Shown here piece after piece: positions 1-14,150 of a DNA stretch of 64,000 nucleotides; the first letter of the stretch is position 1, and each line of letters begins with the position of its first letter. This DNA is from Octopus vulgaris. Its lineage: Eukaryota. The translations under genes were made by a program, and so were the position numbers. The notes under the pieces were generated by a model. That model was given only the letters and a program-made list of their open reading frames with translations, was not told where the DNA came from and searched no databases. The stretch lies in NCBI GenBank assembly GCA_951406725.2, contig OX597814.1:126728001-126792000 (forward strand), written 5' to 3'.

Positions 1-2325
1 AGTCTTTAAATCCAAAAAGTAATGGACGTTTGAGTTTTATTAGGCCTCTTCAGTGAAGCATATTCTGCTCAATTGGCAATACTTATGCACACATACATGC
101 ACACACACACACACATACACATATCATCGTCATTATTTCACATCCGTTTTCCACGTTGGCATGGGTTGGGTGGTTTGACAGGAGCTGGTGATATATACAT
201 ATATATAAAAAAGACTGATAGAATAAGTACCAGGCTTAAAAAATAAGTACTGGGGCCGATTGATTCGGCTATAAAAAAATTCAAGGTGGTGCCCCAGCAT
301 GGCTGTAGTCTAATGACTGAAACAAGTTGAAGATAAAAGATATATACACATTGACTGTAGTATGTGGTAACAGTGTAGTGATACTTAAATCAACATCCTG
401 CTGTTCCCTCAGCTTTAATCTGCAGCCGAATGGTTGTTGTGTTAAACTGGGCAACAGATTAGATTAACTCTGCTCTCCAACAGTAGAAATCATTCTTCTG
501 GTGGCCTTCCATAAAGTTTCTATCTCCCAAATTTCACTCACAAAGCTTTGATAAATTCAGAGTTCAATCTTATATGTTTATGGAGACATAAACTAGTGCC
601 AGTTGTCAAATGGTGGGTTGGACAAGCACAAATGCAAACACACACACACACACACAGACACATACACACACACATATGCACACACACACACACACACACA
701 CATATGATGAGCTCCCACACAGTTTCCGTTTTTCAAATTCACTTGTAGACATTGGTTGGCTCAGGGCTATACACTTATCAAATATTCCACACAATAGGAC
801 TGAATCTAAAACCATGTGCTTACAAAATACAGCTATGTCTGTGCCTATCTATATTGTTATTAATAATATTATATGCCAACCGAAGATGGTGAGCTTACAG
901 AACCATTAGTACATTGGGCAGAATGCTTAGCGGCATTTCGTCTCTCTCTTTACATTTTGAGTTCAAATGCTGCTGTGGTCAATTTTGCCCTTCATCCTTT
1001 CAGAGTTGATAAAATAAGTACCAGTTTAACATTGGGGTTGGTGTAATTGACTTACCCCTGCCCCAAAATTACTGGCCTTGTGCCAAACTTTGAAATCAAT
1101 ATTATATGTCATCTTAAGGCAGCAAACTGGCAGAATCATCTCTACATCAGGCAAAATGCTTAGCAGCATTTCATCCATCTTCACATTCTGAATTCAAATT
1201 CCATCAAGTTCCACTTTACCTTTCATCCTTTTTGGGGTCGATAAAATAAGTACCAGTTGAGCACTGGGGTCAATGTAATTGACTTACCCATCCCCTAAAA
1301 TTGCTGGCCATGCACCAAAATATAAAACCAACATTACATGTCATCTTTACCCTATTTGAGAATTTTTCACCAAATGCCAATGTGAGAGTTTCTCTCATGA
1401 TATCTACCACAGTATAGCTTGTTCTAACAGAACACCCATGTTTAAGCAGGGATAAATATTACCTCTTTTTTTCTTTTTTCCTTGTAGGGCTTTAGTGTTC
1501 TCTTATAATTTCATTTAAATCTGAAATGTATTAAAGGAACAGAAATCAATCACAGTACTTGTTTAGTATATAATTCTATTGATCCCAGAAGGATGCAAAG
1601 CAAAGCTGACCTCAGCAGAATTCAAACTCATATTTGTGGCTTTGTTCCAAAGTTAAAAATCAATGTTATATTAATGGTATTAATAAAATATTGTATTTTA
1701 TCATGGTAGGATGCTCTACAGAGTTTGATTCATTGTTTCCATGTAACTTCTATTAATAACAGGTTAATTTATCCTTGGTACTAATATTTTTCTTTCCAAG
1801 GCTTTTCTATATTCAGATCTTACTTATTAACTTATGAACCAAGGTTCCAGTATAAAAATTCCTATTTGGACCATTAATTTCTTAGAACTATATATGGATA
1901 TGTGAGTGTGTGCGTGCGTATGTATGTGTGTGTATACATATGTATGTTTATAGTGTGTGCATGAATGTGTATTTGTGTATGTAAATGTGTATGTGTAAAT
2001 GAGTGTGTGTGTATGTGTGTGTGTATATGTGCATGTGTAAATGTATGTATGTGTGTGTGTGTGTGTGATTATGAAAATGTGTGACCTTGTGGTTAAGGTG
2101 TTGTGCTCATGATTACAAGGTTGTAGTTTCAATTCCCAGATCTGGAAGTGCATTGCGCTCTTGAGCAAAACACTTTAATTTCACGTTGCTCCAATTGATT
2201 CAGCTGTGAGTGAGTAGCCCTATAATGGAGAAGCATTCTGTTCAGGGGTAATATTCTGATCTTGGTCATTTGAATATCATGTCGACTATCCTAGAACTTA
2301 AGATGGTACTTACTTTATATACATA

Positions 2326-2334
<9 letters not shown>

Positions 2335-2383
<49 letters not shown>
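2335..2383. repeat. (CA)n microsatellite, representative
   Basis: Others at 638-702, 1900-2066, 6250-6298 (TA), 6945-7180, 20036-20071 (TA), 24919-24970 (CT/TA). Confidence 0.95.
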
Positions 2384-2385
<2 letters not shown>

Positions 2386-3555
2386 ACAGAAGTAAATAGA
2401 CACCCCATAAAACATTGTTTTATGTTTATTCTAACTTGTAATGGTTTATATTCTTTACTATTTAACACTTTTATGTTTCTATATGTGACTGTTTAATCAT
2501 GCCATGTACAAAAGAAGCCTTAGAACTGTCTGAATTTCAAGGAGACCATATTGTGGGTCATTCTGAAGGTGGATATAGTGTAAAATTGCAAAAAAACTTG
2601 CAATCCCACTTTCTGCAGTTAATAGAGTGACTGTGCAATTCACCAGAGAAGGGAAAGAGTCCACTCACATTGACTAGGGCTCTCTGACAGGACCCTTCTC
2701 TTTGTTAAGAGAAGTGTGGAGGATAATCTTCATTGCAAGGCCTCTGACATAGCAGAACATATTGATGTCAGTCCCAGAACAGCTGTCAGATATCTCCATA
2801 AATTTGGTTACTATGGCAAGCAGCAAGAAGGAAGCCACTTCTTTGACCAGTCAATATCAAACAGAGAAAAAATTGGATCAGTGAGATGGTGGAGAGGCCA
2901 CTAGCATTTTGGGACACTATCATATTCTCCAATGAATCCAGATTTGCTGTATTTTCTGACAGTGGTAGAGACTCTGTGATCAAGAATTTGACATGAAAAG
3001 GTTTCAGCCAACAATGAAACATAATAGCTATTCTCTGATGATCTGGGGAGCAATTTGGAGCAATGGTCAATCAAAGCTGGTAGAGTGTGAGGGAAACATA
3101 AACTCAGATAAATATATGTTAAGATTGCAGAAAGGACTCCTTGCAATCTTCTTCAGTGGTGAAATGATTAAAGAAGACTCCTTATTTATGGAAGATGGGG
3201 CTCCTTGTCACCCAAGATTTGTTGGATGAGAATGGCATTAAAAGGCTTCCTTGGCTAAGCCAGATATGAACCCTATTGAACACCTCTGGAGCATAATGGA
3301 CAGGACACTTCAGAAAAAGAACATGAAAGCATCTTCAAAACCAGATCTTTTGAGATTACTACATGAAACTTGGCAAGAAATTCCATCATCTGATTAATAA
3401 CATGCCTAATAGGGTCCTTGCATTGAAAAATGCAAGGGGCATGTTTACTAAATATTAAATATTCACATTATAACAATTAATAAATTTGAATGTATAATTT
3501 CAGATTTAAATAAATTTTAATGATTTTAAGGGCGTCTATTTATTGACATATTGTT
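2380..3555 (+). mobile_element. Degenerate Tc1-family DNA transposon
   Basis: Broken transposase (MIWGAIWSNG...FMEDGAPCH...DMNPIEHLW); degenerate TIRs AGTAAATAGACACCC (~2391) and GGGCGTCTATTTATT (~3530). Confidence 0.85.
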
Positions 3556-4369
3556 AGTAAACCATAAATCCGAAGAAGAGTTCTCTGAGTTATGGAGAAA
3601 TTAGGATCTGATGAGATATGTGTAAAGCTTTCTGGACGTAAAACTATGGACATCGGTAGCCTGGACACCTTGGTGTGCAAGAAGCAGCAGGGTTGGTAGT
3701 TAGACACAAAAATACGAAGGCATTTTCACAGACTCGCAATGTCGCTCTCTGTCAGAATTCCAGCTCCATGGAGCTGGTCCAAGTTGCGTCCTGTCTGGTC
3801 AGAAGCTGGGACCAAAGAGAAAGAATGGCGGTCAAGCCTAGCTGCTGCTGATAACTGCACATGTGCATAAGGGGCTTCTGGCAGGCCTTCCGGAAGGCTC
3901 TAATCCCTGCACATGCATGAGTGAAAATCCCAAAATGGCGTCTGGAACCAGGCGTCACTACAGATGGAATAAGAAAGAGAGGGAAAAGGAGTGTCAGGAG
4001 ATTTAAGAAAGATTTAGTGTAATAAAGACAGTGGAGAAGGTTGAGTAGGAAGGAGTACAGCCTACTTTATGCTATATATGGGTGGCCAGAGTGGTGTATG
4101 GGAGAAAAACAAGATGTTGATAAGAATCCAGAGTGTATTTTCAAGGTAATATATTTAAGAGAACCTAGTGACAGGGGAATCAAGGAAGAAGATAAAGGTT
4201 GTCAGGGTGTAATCCCCACCTCCTCAAGCATCATAATGATGGAAATGAAAATAATTTCTATGATCAATATAAATGGTTGTTGTTGACATCTAGCCTCACA
4301 TCAGCCCTCACTGAACAAACCTATGATCCAATAATATCCAAATTTGAAAGTACCATCGTTTGTATATAC

Positions 4370-4584
4370 TCTTTACTCTTTTACTCTTTTTCTTGTTTCA
4401 GTCATTTGGCTGTGGCCATGCTGGAGCACCACCTTTAGTCGAGCAAATCGACCCCAGGACTTATTCTTTGTAAGCCTAGTACTTGTTCTATAGGGCTCTT
4501 TTGCTGAACCGCTAAGTTACGGGGACATAAACACACCAGCATTGGTTATCAAGTGATGTTGGGGGAACAAACACAGACACACAA

Positions 4585-4625
<41 letters not shown>

Positions 4626-4800
4626 TATACATATATACGACAGGTTTCTTTCAGTTTCCGTCTACCAAATCCACTCACAAGGATTTGGTTGACCCAAGGC
4701 TATAGTAGAAGACACTTGCCCAAGGTGCCACGCAGTGGGACTGGACCCAGAACCATGTGGTTGGTAAGCAAACTACTTACCACACAGCCACCCCTATGCC
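4370..4800 (-). mobile_element. tRNA-derived SINE, second family, with internal (TG)n
   Basis: Head GGCTGTGTGGTAAGTAGTTTGCTTACCAACCACATGG; tail GTGCTCCAGCATGGCCACAG. Similar copies at 15380-15715(-), 23890-24220(+), 35200-35540(-), 62210-62795(+). Confidence 0.85.
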
Positions 4801-5633
4801 TATATGTATGTCAGGGATTACATTATCCAACTTATTGTCCTTTATTTTACTTGCTGTTGGATAATATTAAGTAGATTTGGCAGCTTTTCCTACAAATTCA
4901 AGTTACTGCATAAAGGCCTCCATATTAGTTCAACAGTATCAAAAGTTATACAAGATCCTAGTTATATAGGAATGTAACTTTCTCATTGAATGTTATTTAA
5001 ACAAAGAGGTTCAAACCAAACAGTATCTATTTATCACTCCTACATACTTTGTCTGTCTTTTCAATCAATATCTCTACCCTGTGTCTATCTATCTGTCTGT
5101 CTAAACAGTAGACACAATGTCATTATATCTAGCTAATATCTTTACATTGTAAGGCAGAAACATTAGCACACTGGGCAAAATATTTAGCGGTATTTTGTCT
5201 GTTTTTACATTTAGAGTTCAAGTTCCACCAAGGTCAACTTTGCCTTTTATTCTTTCAAGGTCGCTAGATTAAGTATCAGTTGTATACTGACATCGATCTA
5301 ATCAACTAGTCCCCTTCCCAAAAATTTCAGGCCTTGTGCCTAGAGTAGGAAAGAATATCTCTACATTGTGTGTATCCATCCAATAATCATCTAAGCAGTT
5401 AATATCTATACACTATATCCATTTAACCAGTCAACACCTACATATCTAATTATCCAGCATTCTCTGAATAACCAAATATTCATAACACACCATCTCTGAT
5501 GAAGGACAATTATCCTAAAACAGATGAGTAAAAAGATTCTCAATTATTTTCGTGTTTAATTTAGTGAACAATAGGATGTTTTCACATAAGTTCAATCTCC
5601 AAAATTGAGTTTTACAAATGAATACCTCTAGAG

Positions 5634-5737
5634 TTATCTACATTAAACGTGTTTCGGGATATTCTTAATTACACCATGTTCTTATATATATATATAGTGT
5701 AATTAAGAATATCCTGAAACACGTATAATGTAGATAA
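5634..5737. repeat. Inverted repeat, 41-bp arms with 2 mismatches and a 22-nt TA-rich spacer
   Basis: TTATCTACATTAAACGTGTTTCGGGATATTCTTAATTACAC versus GTGTAATTAAGAATATCCTGAAACACGTATAATGTAGATAA. Confidence 0.9.
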
Positions 5738-5749
5738 TTCCTTTGAATA

Positions 5750-6247
5750 ATCATCATCATCATCTTAGTTTAACGTCCGCTTTCCATGCCAGCATGGGTT
5801 GAACGATTTTGACTGAGGGCTGGTGAACCAGATGGCTGCACCAGGCTCCAATCTTGATTTGGCAGTTTCTACAGCTGGATGCCCTTCCTAATGCCAACCA
5901 CTCCAAGAGTGTAGTGGGTGCTTTTTACATGCCACCAGCATGGGAGCCAGTCAGGCGGTACTGGCAATGACTTCACTTGAATTTTTTTACACATGCACAG
6001 TAAAAGCCAGTTAGTCGCTCAGAAGCCAGTTAGCAGCTCAGGCAACAATCACGCTTGGATGGTGCTCTTGGTGCCCTACTAACACAGGCACAAGTGCCAG
6101 TAAGGCAACGCTAGTAACAATCACACTTGAATGGTGCCTTTTATGTGCCACTGGCATGGAAGCCAGTTAGCCACTCTGTCACCGATCACACTCGTATGGT
6201 GCTCCTTGCACCCCGCTAGCATGGATGCCAGTCATCGAATTTGATTT

Positions 6248-6250
<3 letters not shown>
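5750..6250 (-). mobile_element. RTE 3' UTR/tail copy
   Basis: (ATC)n-TTTAACGTCCGCTTTCCATGC start and GTGCC..GGCA unit array. Further copies at ~8110-8560(-), 12260-12453(+), 17824-17950(-), 24300-24630(+), 31190-31610(+), 32210-32760(-), 39810-40190(+), 44270-44553(+), 47740-47920(+), 50789-51090(-), 54025-54270(-), 54990-55465(-), 58707-58943(+). Confidence 0.85.
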
Positions 6251-6302
<52 letters not shown>

Positions 6303-7182
6303 TGGCTGTGTGGTGAGAAATTTCCCCCCCAACTCCATGGTTCTGGGTTGTCTCATTGTGTAGCACTCAAAGCCTTGTTAGTAGAAAGAAAACACCCTCA
6401 AAAGTCTATTGGTTATATTGTCTCATATGAGTGGATACAACATAGAGCAGTGAAAACCTGTTTTTTTTTTCCAGAATACAAGGCAACCTCACTCGTGATT
6501 AGACTGTTTGGACTCAGAGGATCCTCTTTCCACTTTTAATAGCTTTACACCTACACAAGATACCAGGGGAGTTGACCCAGGCTCAAGTATTTATGTTATC
6601 TCACATTTCTATTGTTAACCACTCCTCTGCATTTATACAAAGCAACCAGTGAAACATTAATATTATTATCATTAAGGCTAGAAATCATTATTCTCTCCTT
6701 TACAGACACCTACACCGTATAATCATGCTCTATATATTATTGTATAACTTGAATAACCAGACAGATTTATATATGTTGATTTAACTGAGTGAGGTGTATA
6801 TTTGTCAAATAAATATTTTATTTATTCGATATTTCTTTTTCTAAAGAGCAACAATTCACAGAAGTTAAATTCTTCTCCAAGTATGAAGCACTGTAACATC
6901 TTGATAGATTTGATATTATTTATTAAACATAGCACAACATATTTATGTGTGTGTTTATGTATGTATGCATGTATTATGTATGTATGTATGTATCTATCTA
7001 TCTATCTATCTATCATGTATGTATATATGCTTATACTCAAATAAGTATGTGTGTATGTAATATATATGTGTAATATTATGTATGTACATGTGTGTGTGTG
7101 TGTGTTAATATATATATATATGTGTGTGTGTATGTATATATGTATGTGTGTAATATGTGTGTGTGTGTGTGTGTGTGTAATA

Positions 7183-7945
7183 TATTGGGTCATCCCATAA
7201 ATAATGCAGTTTTTTTCAATTGCATGAACTAAACATCAGAATGGGGTGGGATAAACTACCTACATCAACTTGCTATAAAAGCAGGTAATAATTTTACCTT
7301 CTTGTTATTCTTAGTGCAAGTTTTGAAGAATGTCGTTCGATTTAAAAGTTATTTTTTCAATGCTATAATGGAAGTGACTAAGGAGCATATTCAACACATT
7401 TTGCTTTAGAAGTTCAACAAAAGCAACAATGCAACCGAAACTGTGAGGAATATTAATGCAGTATATGGGTATCAGACAATAAGTGTAAGCCAGTATCGAT
7501 GGTGGTTCCAGAAATTCCAAGCTGGAGACTAGAGCCTAGAAGATGAGCCTCATCCTAGATCTGTAGAGCTCGATGAGGACATCCTGCAAACCCTGGTGGA
7601 ACAAAATTTCATTGTAACTGTTGAGGATCTAGCGGAGAAGCTTGTATTTCATCATTCAACCATTCATTGACACCTGTGTGCCATCGGAAATGTGAGCAAA
7701 TTGGGTCAAGAGGTTCCTCACAAACTTTCCAAGTTTAATTGCATGCGGAGAGTGCATGAACCTTTTTTGGACCAAATAGTGACTGGTGACAAGAAATGGG
7801 TTCTCTATAAAAATGTCAAGCACTAAAGGCAGTGAGTAGAGAAAGAAGAAACACTGGAACCCCAGGCTAAAGAAGGTCTTCACCCAAGTAAGGTGTTATC
7901 TGTTTGGTAGGATATAAAAGGTTTAGTCCACTTTCAACTTTCAGC
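7183..7945 (+). mobile_element. Mariner transposon, 5' part, pseudogenised
   Basis: TIR TATTGGGTCATCCCATAAATAATGC; broken transposase (MEVTKEHIQHILL...NNATETVRNINAVYG...SLEDEP; VTGDKKWVLY). Confidence 0.85.
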
Positions 7946-9034
7946 TATAGTTGAACAACAAGTTGTATTACATTAATGATACAACATGGAAATGCAAGTC
8001 AATACAAATCAAAAGTGAATATCTGAATTTTTGACTCAACCTGGTAAATTGCATGTATGTATGCTTGCATATGTGTGTGTATTTATAAGTATATATGTGC
8101 ATGTATGTATATCATGATCATCATCATCATTTAACGTTCACTTTCCATGCTGGCATGGGTTGACTGAGTATTAGCAAGCCAGGAGGCTGCACCAGGCACC
8201 TATCTGATTTGGCAAGGTATCTACAGCTGGATGCCCTTCCTAACACCAACCACTCTGTGAGTGTAGTGGGTACATTTTATGTGCCACTGGCATTAGGGCC
8301 AGTCAGGCAGCACTGGCATCGATCATGCTTGAATTGTGCTCTTTATTTGAATTGTGCTCTTTATTTGAATTGTACTCTTGAATTGTGCTCTTTCCACTAG
8401 CACAGAAACTAGTCAGGTAGCACTGACATAGACCACGGTTGAGTGATGCTTTTTACGTGTCACTGGCATTGGCATCTGCCTCATTCAAATGGTGCTTTTA
8501 AACGTGCTACCGACACAGGTGCCAGTCAAGCAGCACTAGCATCAGCCATGACTAGGATTTCACTTGACTATATATATAGTTATACACACACACACATATA
8601 CATATATATACATACAAGATATGTAAACATTAATAACTATGAAAGACTGGTGGGAATATTATCTGTATGGACTTCAAGGGCTAGGTTTCTATTCAGTTAG
8701 ATAATTTAGGAATTAGTTATAGGTTTACTTATAGAATTATTATTTTACCGATACTGTTTTTGTACATAGGGTAAATGTGGTTTCTTTGTTGTACTTTAAT
8801 TAATAATGCTAGTGCTTAATCCTTCCTAGAGTTAAGATTGAATAAATGTGGTGATATCAGAGGTATGTTTGTTCCCAAACAACACTTATTGCAGTGTTGT
8901 TGATACCACCGGATTGAATGGTACTGCCCAGGTGTTGAAACCATAGTGAAATCCATGGGGCAGCTGATGCAAGTATGTTAGGTTGGTATGGCTGTTATTA
9001 TGTGTGTGGGATAGTTTTATAAGACATCCATTTG

Positions 9035-12000
9035 ATCATCATCATCATCGTTTAACGTTCGCTTTCCATGCTAACATGGGTTGCACGGTTCAACTGGGGT
9101 CTGGGAAGCCCGAAGGCTGCACCAGGCCAGTCAGATCTGGCAGTGTTTCTACAGCTGACTTGATTTTTGATTTTCACTTGCCTCAACAGGTCTTCACAAG
9201 TAGAGTTATGTGTCCCAAGAAGGAAGGTATGCACAAGTGGACTGACTACGTCCCAGGTAGGGGCCACAGGTTATGGCCTCACTTGTCCTGCTGGGTCTTC
9301 TCACGCACAGCATACTTCCAAAGGTTTCGGTCTCTGGTCATTTCCTCGGTGAAACCTAAAGAGCGAAGGTCATGCTTCACCACCTCGTCCCAGGTTTTCC
9401 TGGGTCTACCTCTTCCACAGGTTCCCTCAACCGCTAGGGTGTGGCACTTTTTCACACAACTATCTTCATCCATTCTTACCACGTGTCCACACCAGCATAG
9501 CCGTCTCTCTTGCACACCACATCTGATGCTTCTTAGGTACAACTTTTCTCTCAAGGCACTTACACTCTGTCGGGTATGAACACTGACATTACACATCCAT
9601 CGGAGCATACTGGCTTCATTTCTTGCAAGCTTACACATATCCTCAGCAGTCACGGCCCATGTTTCACTGCCATGTAGCATGGCTGTTTATACACATGCGT
9701 CATACAGTCTGCCTTTTACTCTGAGCGAGAGGCCTTTTGTCACCAACAGAGGTAAGATCTCTGAACTTTGCCCAGGCTATTCTTACTCTAGCAGTTACAC
9801 TTTCAGCACACCCGCCCCCGCTACAGACTTGATCACCTAGGTAACGGAAACTATCAGCTATTTCTAGTTTTTCTCCCTGAAATGTGGCGGAAGATGGTCT
9901 CTGCACATTTTCAGTGTTTATTGCACCAGAGTATCTGCCACATACAAAAACTATATTCCTAATTAGCCTTCCTTTGACATTGCTGCACCTCTAATGTGTC
10001 CATAGCTTACACTTGGTGCATCTTATAGAGTTCCTACCTACGCCTTTTCTACAGATCGAGCAGGGCCATCTACCTGAAGGCGTTTGTGATTTGTCTACCT
10101 TCCTACTTATTAGGACTTTGGTTTTAGCTAGGTTGATTCTAAGGCCCTTCGATTCTAATCCTTGCTTCCACGTCTGAAACTTCTCCTCTAGTTCTGATAG
10201 TGACTCAGCAATTAGAGCAAGGTCATCAGCATAGAGGAGCTCCCAGAGGCATCCCGTCTTGAATTCCTCCATTATTGCCTGGAGGACTATGATAAATAGG
10301 AGGGAGCTGAGGACTGAGCCTTGGTGGACCCCAACCTCTACCCGGAATTCTTCACTGTACTCGTTGCCAACCCTCACCTTACTAACAGTGTCCCTGTAGA
10401 TGGCACGCACAGCTCTCACTAACCATTCATCTATCCCTAGTTTCATCATTGACCACCAGATTAGGGATCGGGGGACCCTGTCAAAGGCTTTCTCCAAATC
10501 AACGAAAGCCAGGTACAGAGATTTATCTTTGACTGGGTATTTCTCCTGCAGCTGTCTCACCAGAAATATGGCATCGCTGGTGCTTTTCCCTGGCACGAAA
10601 CCAAACTGCATCTCATCCAGGTTGACTCTCTCCCTAATCAGTTGGGCTATGACCCTTTCTGTAACCTTCATTACCTGATCCAACAGCTTGATACCTCTGT
10701 AATTACTTGTATCTAGGGCGTCACCTTTACCTTTGTAGCAGTTGACTATTATGCTACTACACCAGTCATTGGGTATGACTCCTTCGTGTATCACCTGGTT
10801 AACTATACAGGTGACTAGGCTATAGCCAACACTTCCAGATATTTTGAGCATCTCAGCAGTAATTCCTGATGGGCCTGGAGCTTTCCCTGTCTTCATGCTT
10901 CTAATTGCCTTAACTACCATGGAACTGTCAACTCGGATAGCTGGTCCCTCTATTGGGTCGACATTCAGCAGACTCTCTTTATCCCATTCATTCTCTTTAT
11001 TGAGCAACCTTTCATAGTGGCATATTCAAACCTCTCTCTTTGCATCCTCATTTAGCGCAAGTGAACCATCATCCATGCGAACACATTTCTCTCCTACTAC
11101 ATCACGATTCTCTCTCACACACTGTCTTGCAGCACGAAATACCTCAGGTCTTTGGTCCTCACGGCGCAGAACATTGGCAAATTTTTTCTTATCTGCTGCC
11201 CCTCTGGCTAAATAAACCTGTCTCCTAACTTCTCTTTTCGCAGTCTGATACAATTCCCTACTACCGCCATTCTTCCAGTCCTTCCAAGCCTGTCTCTTGT
11301 CTCTAATAGCCCTGTCTACAACATTGTTCCACCACCATGTTACCCTGGGACGAGATGGGACTTTGCTCCATCTGCGGATCTGGTCAGTGGCTCTCAGCAG
11401 ATTGTCCCGTAGAAACCTCCAGTTGGCTTCCACATTATGTGATGCTATGTCCCCTTCTATTTCGTCGAAAGCTTCGAGTAGGACTTCTCTAAATTTCCGT
11501 CCATTTGCAGGATCTTTAAGTTTCCAGACCCTTCTCCTCTGAGCTGGTCTTCTTCTGGCCCTTATCCTGAAGTCGCTAACTACTAATCTATATTGAGGAG
11601 TATATTCCTCGCCTGGGAAGGTTTTGGCATTTATAAGCAGCCCTCTTTCCCTCTTTCTGGCAAGGGTGTAGTCGATCTGGCTAGTGTGTCTGCCAGAACG
11701 GTAGGTGACTAGGTGAGAGGTGGGTTTCCTGAAGTTGGTATTGCAAATCATAAGGTCATTTGCATCGCAGAACTCCAGCAGCCTGGTTCCCTCCTCATTG
11801 CAAGAACCAAAACCGTAGCTTCCGTGTATGCAATGGAAGCCCCTGACATGCCGTCCAACATGTCCATTGAAGTCACCTGCCACGAAGAGAAGGTCACTGT
11901 CATTTGTCTGTAATAGGGTGTCATAGAATCGGTCTTTCTGTCCTTCAGGTAGCCCCGGCTGAGGGGCATATGCCGAGATAATGGTAGCTGACCTATGATG

Positions 12001-12220
12001 AAGCACTAATCTAATCTTAAGTATTCTGTCACATACTCTGACTACCTTGATTACCTTATCAACCCATTTCTCTGCAAGAAGTATACCCACGCCCCCGACC
12101 CCGTCAGTGTTCCCTGCCCACAAAATCTTGTACCTGTGTTCTTTGCCTGTGAGGGACCTAGCGGAACCTCCTCTCCACCTTACTTCTTGGATGCAGCACA
12201 AATCCAAACGTCTCCGTTCA
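9035..12220 (-). mobile_element. RTE-clade LINE, 5'-truncated, near-complete APE+RT ORF with a few disabling mutations
   Basis: APE motifs (CIQEVRW, AYAPQ, GDFNGH, SQIDY) and RT motifs (YRGIKLL, FVDLEKAFD, GVHQGSVLS, LLYADD); stops at ~11026 and ~9991, frameshift at ~9750; (GAT)n tail. Confidence 0.95.
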
Positions 12221-13719
12221 TATTGATATATATATATATTTTCTCTTTTTATATATATATATTTTACGTGTCAGTGGCATGTAAAAGTACCCACTACATT
12301 CTCAGAGTGGTTGGCGTTAGGAAGGGCATCCAGCTGTAGAACTCTGCCACATCAGATTGGAGCCTGGTGCAGCCATCTGGTTTGCCAGTCCTCAGTCAAA
12401 TCGTCTAACCCATGGTAGCATGGAAAGCGGATGTTAAGTGATGATGATGATGTATGTGTGTGTGTGTGTATGCATGTGTGTATGTGTGTGTGAAGGCATG
12501 TGACTCAATGGTTAGAGTATTTGGCTCATGATCATAAGGTTGTGATTTCAATTCCTTGAGGCACATTGTGTCCTCAAGCAAGACATTTTATTTCACTTTG
12601 CTGGCAAAAGTGAGCTGTACCTGTAATTTGAAGGGACAGTCTTGTCACATTCTGTGTCATGCTAAATCTCCCTGAAAATTACATTAAGGGTACACATGTC
12701 TGTAGAGTGCTTGACCACATGCACCTTGATTTTTGTTAATTAGATGCTTTCTGTTAATTAGATCAACTGGAACACTCATCATCATAACCAATAGAGTTCC
12801 AATGATTTATATATATATATAAATCATTATTATTATCATTATTTAATGTCCACTTTCCATGCTAGCATGGGCTGGACAGTTTGACAGGGAACCGGTGAAG
12901 TGCAAAACTGCATCAGGCTCTAGTATCCTCTTTGGATCTTTACAGAGTGTACTAGGTGCTCTTTTTATGTGCCACTGGCTCTAGTAAGGTTGCTATGAAA
13001 CTTGCAAGATATAAAAGAACAGACAAAGAAAAGGGAAAAGACTCCCGCAACTAAGAGGATGTATTTGAGAAGGGAAGGTGGGGGTGGGTAGCTGTATGCT
13101 AAATGTTTTGAAAGGCTAAAGTATGACAGAAGGACCAAGTCAGTAGCAAGAAGAGTGGGGGGGGGGGGATGCACCAAGAGCATAGCTACTAGAATAAGAA
13201 TAGGCTTGGCAAAGTTCAGAGAGATACTACTTCTGCTAGTAACAAACGGCCTCTCTCTCAGAGTGAAATGCAGACTGTATGATGCAGACATACATGCATA
13301 CATCCAAACAAAAGTACCCTGTTGTTGGTGTAGAAATTCCAATGAAGGAGCCTTGGATCTAAGTCAGAAACCGGTCCTTTCTCTATTGGCAACAAATCTT
13401 TAAATAAACTGAATAATGACATACATACACTGGATAAAGCTCAAACTATAATATAAAGGAAAAAGTTTTGTACCAATATTTATCACTAAATTAGAGGTGT
13501 GACTTATACATAAGAAAACACGGTCAATCATTCCTATCAGAGAACTCCAAAACTTTTGATAAATAGTGAAAGTTAATATTAAAATAAATATAGCCATTGA
13601 TTTGTCCCGTATCTAAAAATTGAAGTGTCATTCAATCCAAGAACTTAGAAGCAGAAGAATGAGTACTGACAATCGTAGGTTAAATGTAGATTATTTCTAG
13701 TAAATGTCGGTTAGTCATT

Positions 13720-14150
13720 TAACTGGGTGTCAAAGTTCCGGGGTTAGCTAAAAACGATTGACAAAATTATTAATCTCTTTTAAAAGAAAGACTTTAATTA
13801 AAAAGTTAATGGTCAATGGGAAGTAACTCATAAAAAAGCCTACTATTTTTATCTCCCCTTAGTTAAAATTGCAAGTGTGACTACACACACATTTAGTTAT
13901 AATTTTAAACATGTTATAGAGCGTCATTTAAATGGTTGTTGTGACGTCATCAGAAGCTGTGTATTAGACATCTCTGAACTACGCACGTGTTAAAGATGTC
14001 AACATAGGTTGAGTTAATTATCTTTTTGCTTTAATTTTTAATTAATTCCCATTTCTGTTGATACATTTCCATATAATTAATTTTAGTAATGTTTCTCTTG
14101 TAGTATTCTATATTTGTGACTATTTCTTCCCCTTCAAATGCTTCCGGACT
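13720..14150 (+). promoter_or_regulatory. Candidate promoter / first-exon region, probably of POP4
   Basis: Repeat-free stretch with local CpGs, perfect CRE TGACGTCA (13942-13949), E-box CACGTG (13984-13989), ETS-like TTCCGG (~13736, ~14142), ACTACA (~13880) and possible donor AG/GTTGAGT at 14007/14008. Confidence 0.45.

Noticed and set aside
20-60. Second hammerhead on the minus strand (CTGAAGAGG...CAAACGTC); also CTGATGAG at ~3608
   Set aside because: No convincing stem II or GAAA core.
538-909. ORFs rich in CV/HT dipeptides (also 1827-2168, 7002-7193)
   Set aside because: Translations of (CA)n/(TG)n microsatellites.
8983-9579. 198-aa plus-strand ORF and similar antisense ORFs over RTE copies
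   Set aside because: Shadow frames of the LINE ORF and UTR.
13400-13597. First exon of a divergent minus-strand gene (MAIFILILTFT...)
   Set aside because: No recognisable homology and no compatible downstream exons found in 1-13400. It cannot be excluded without RNA data.
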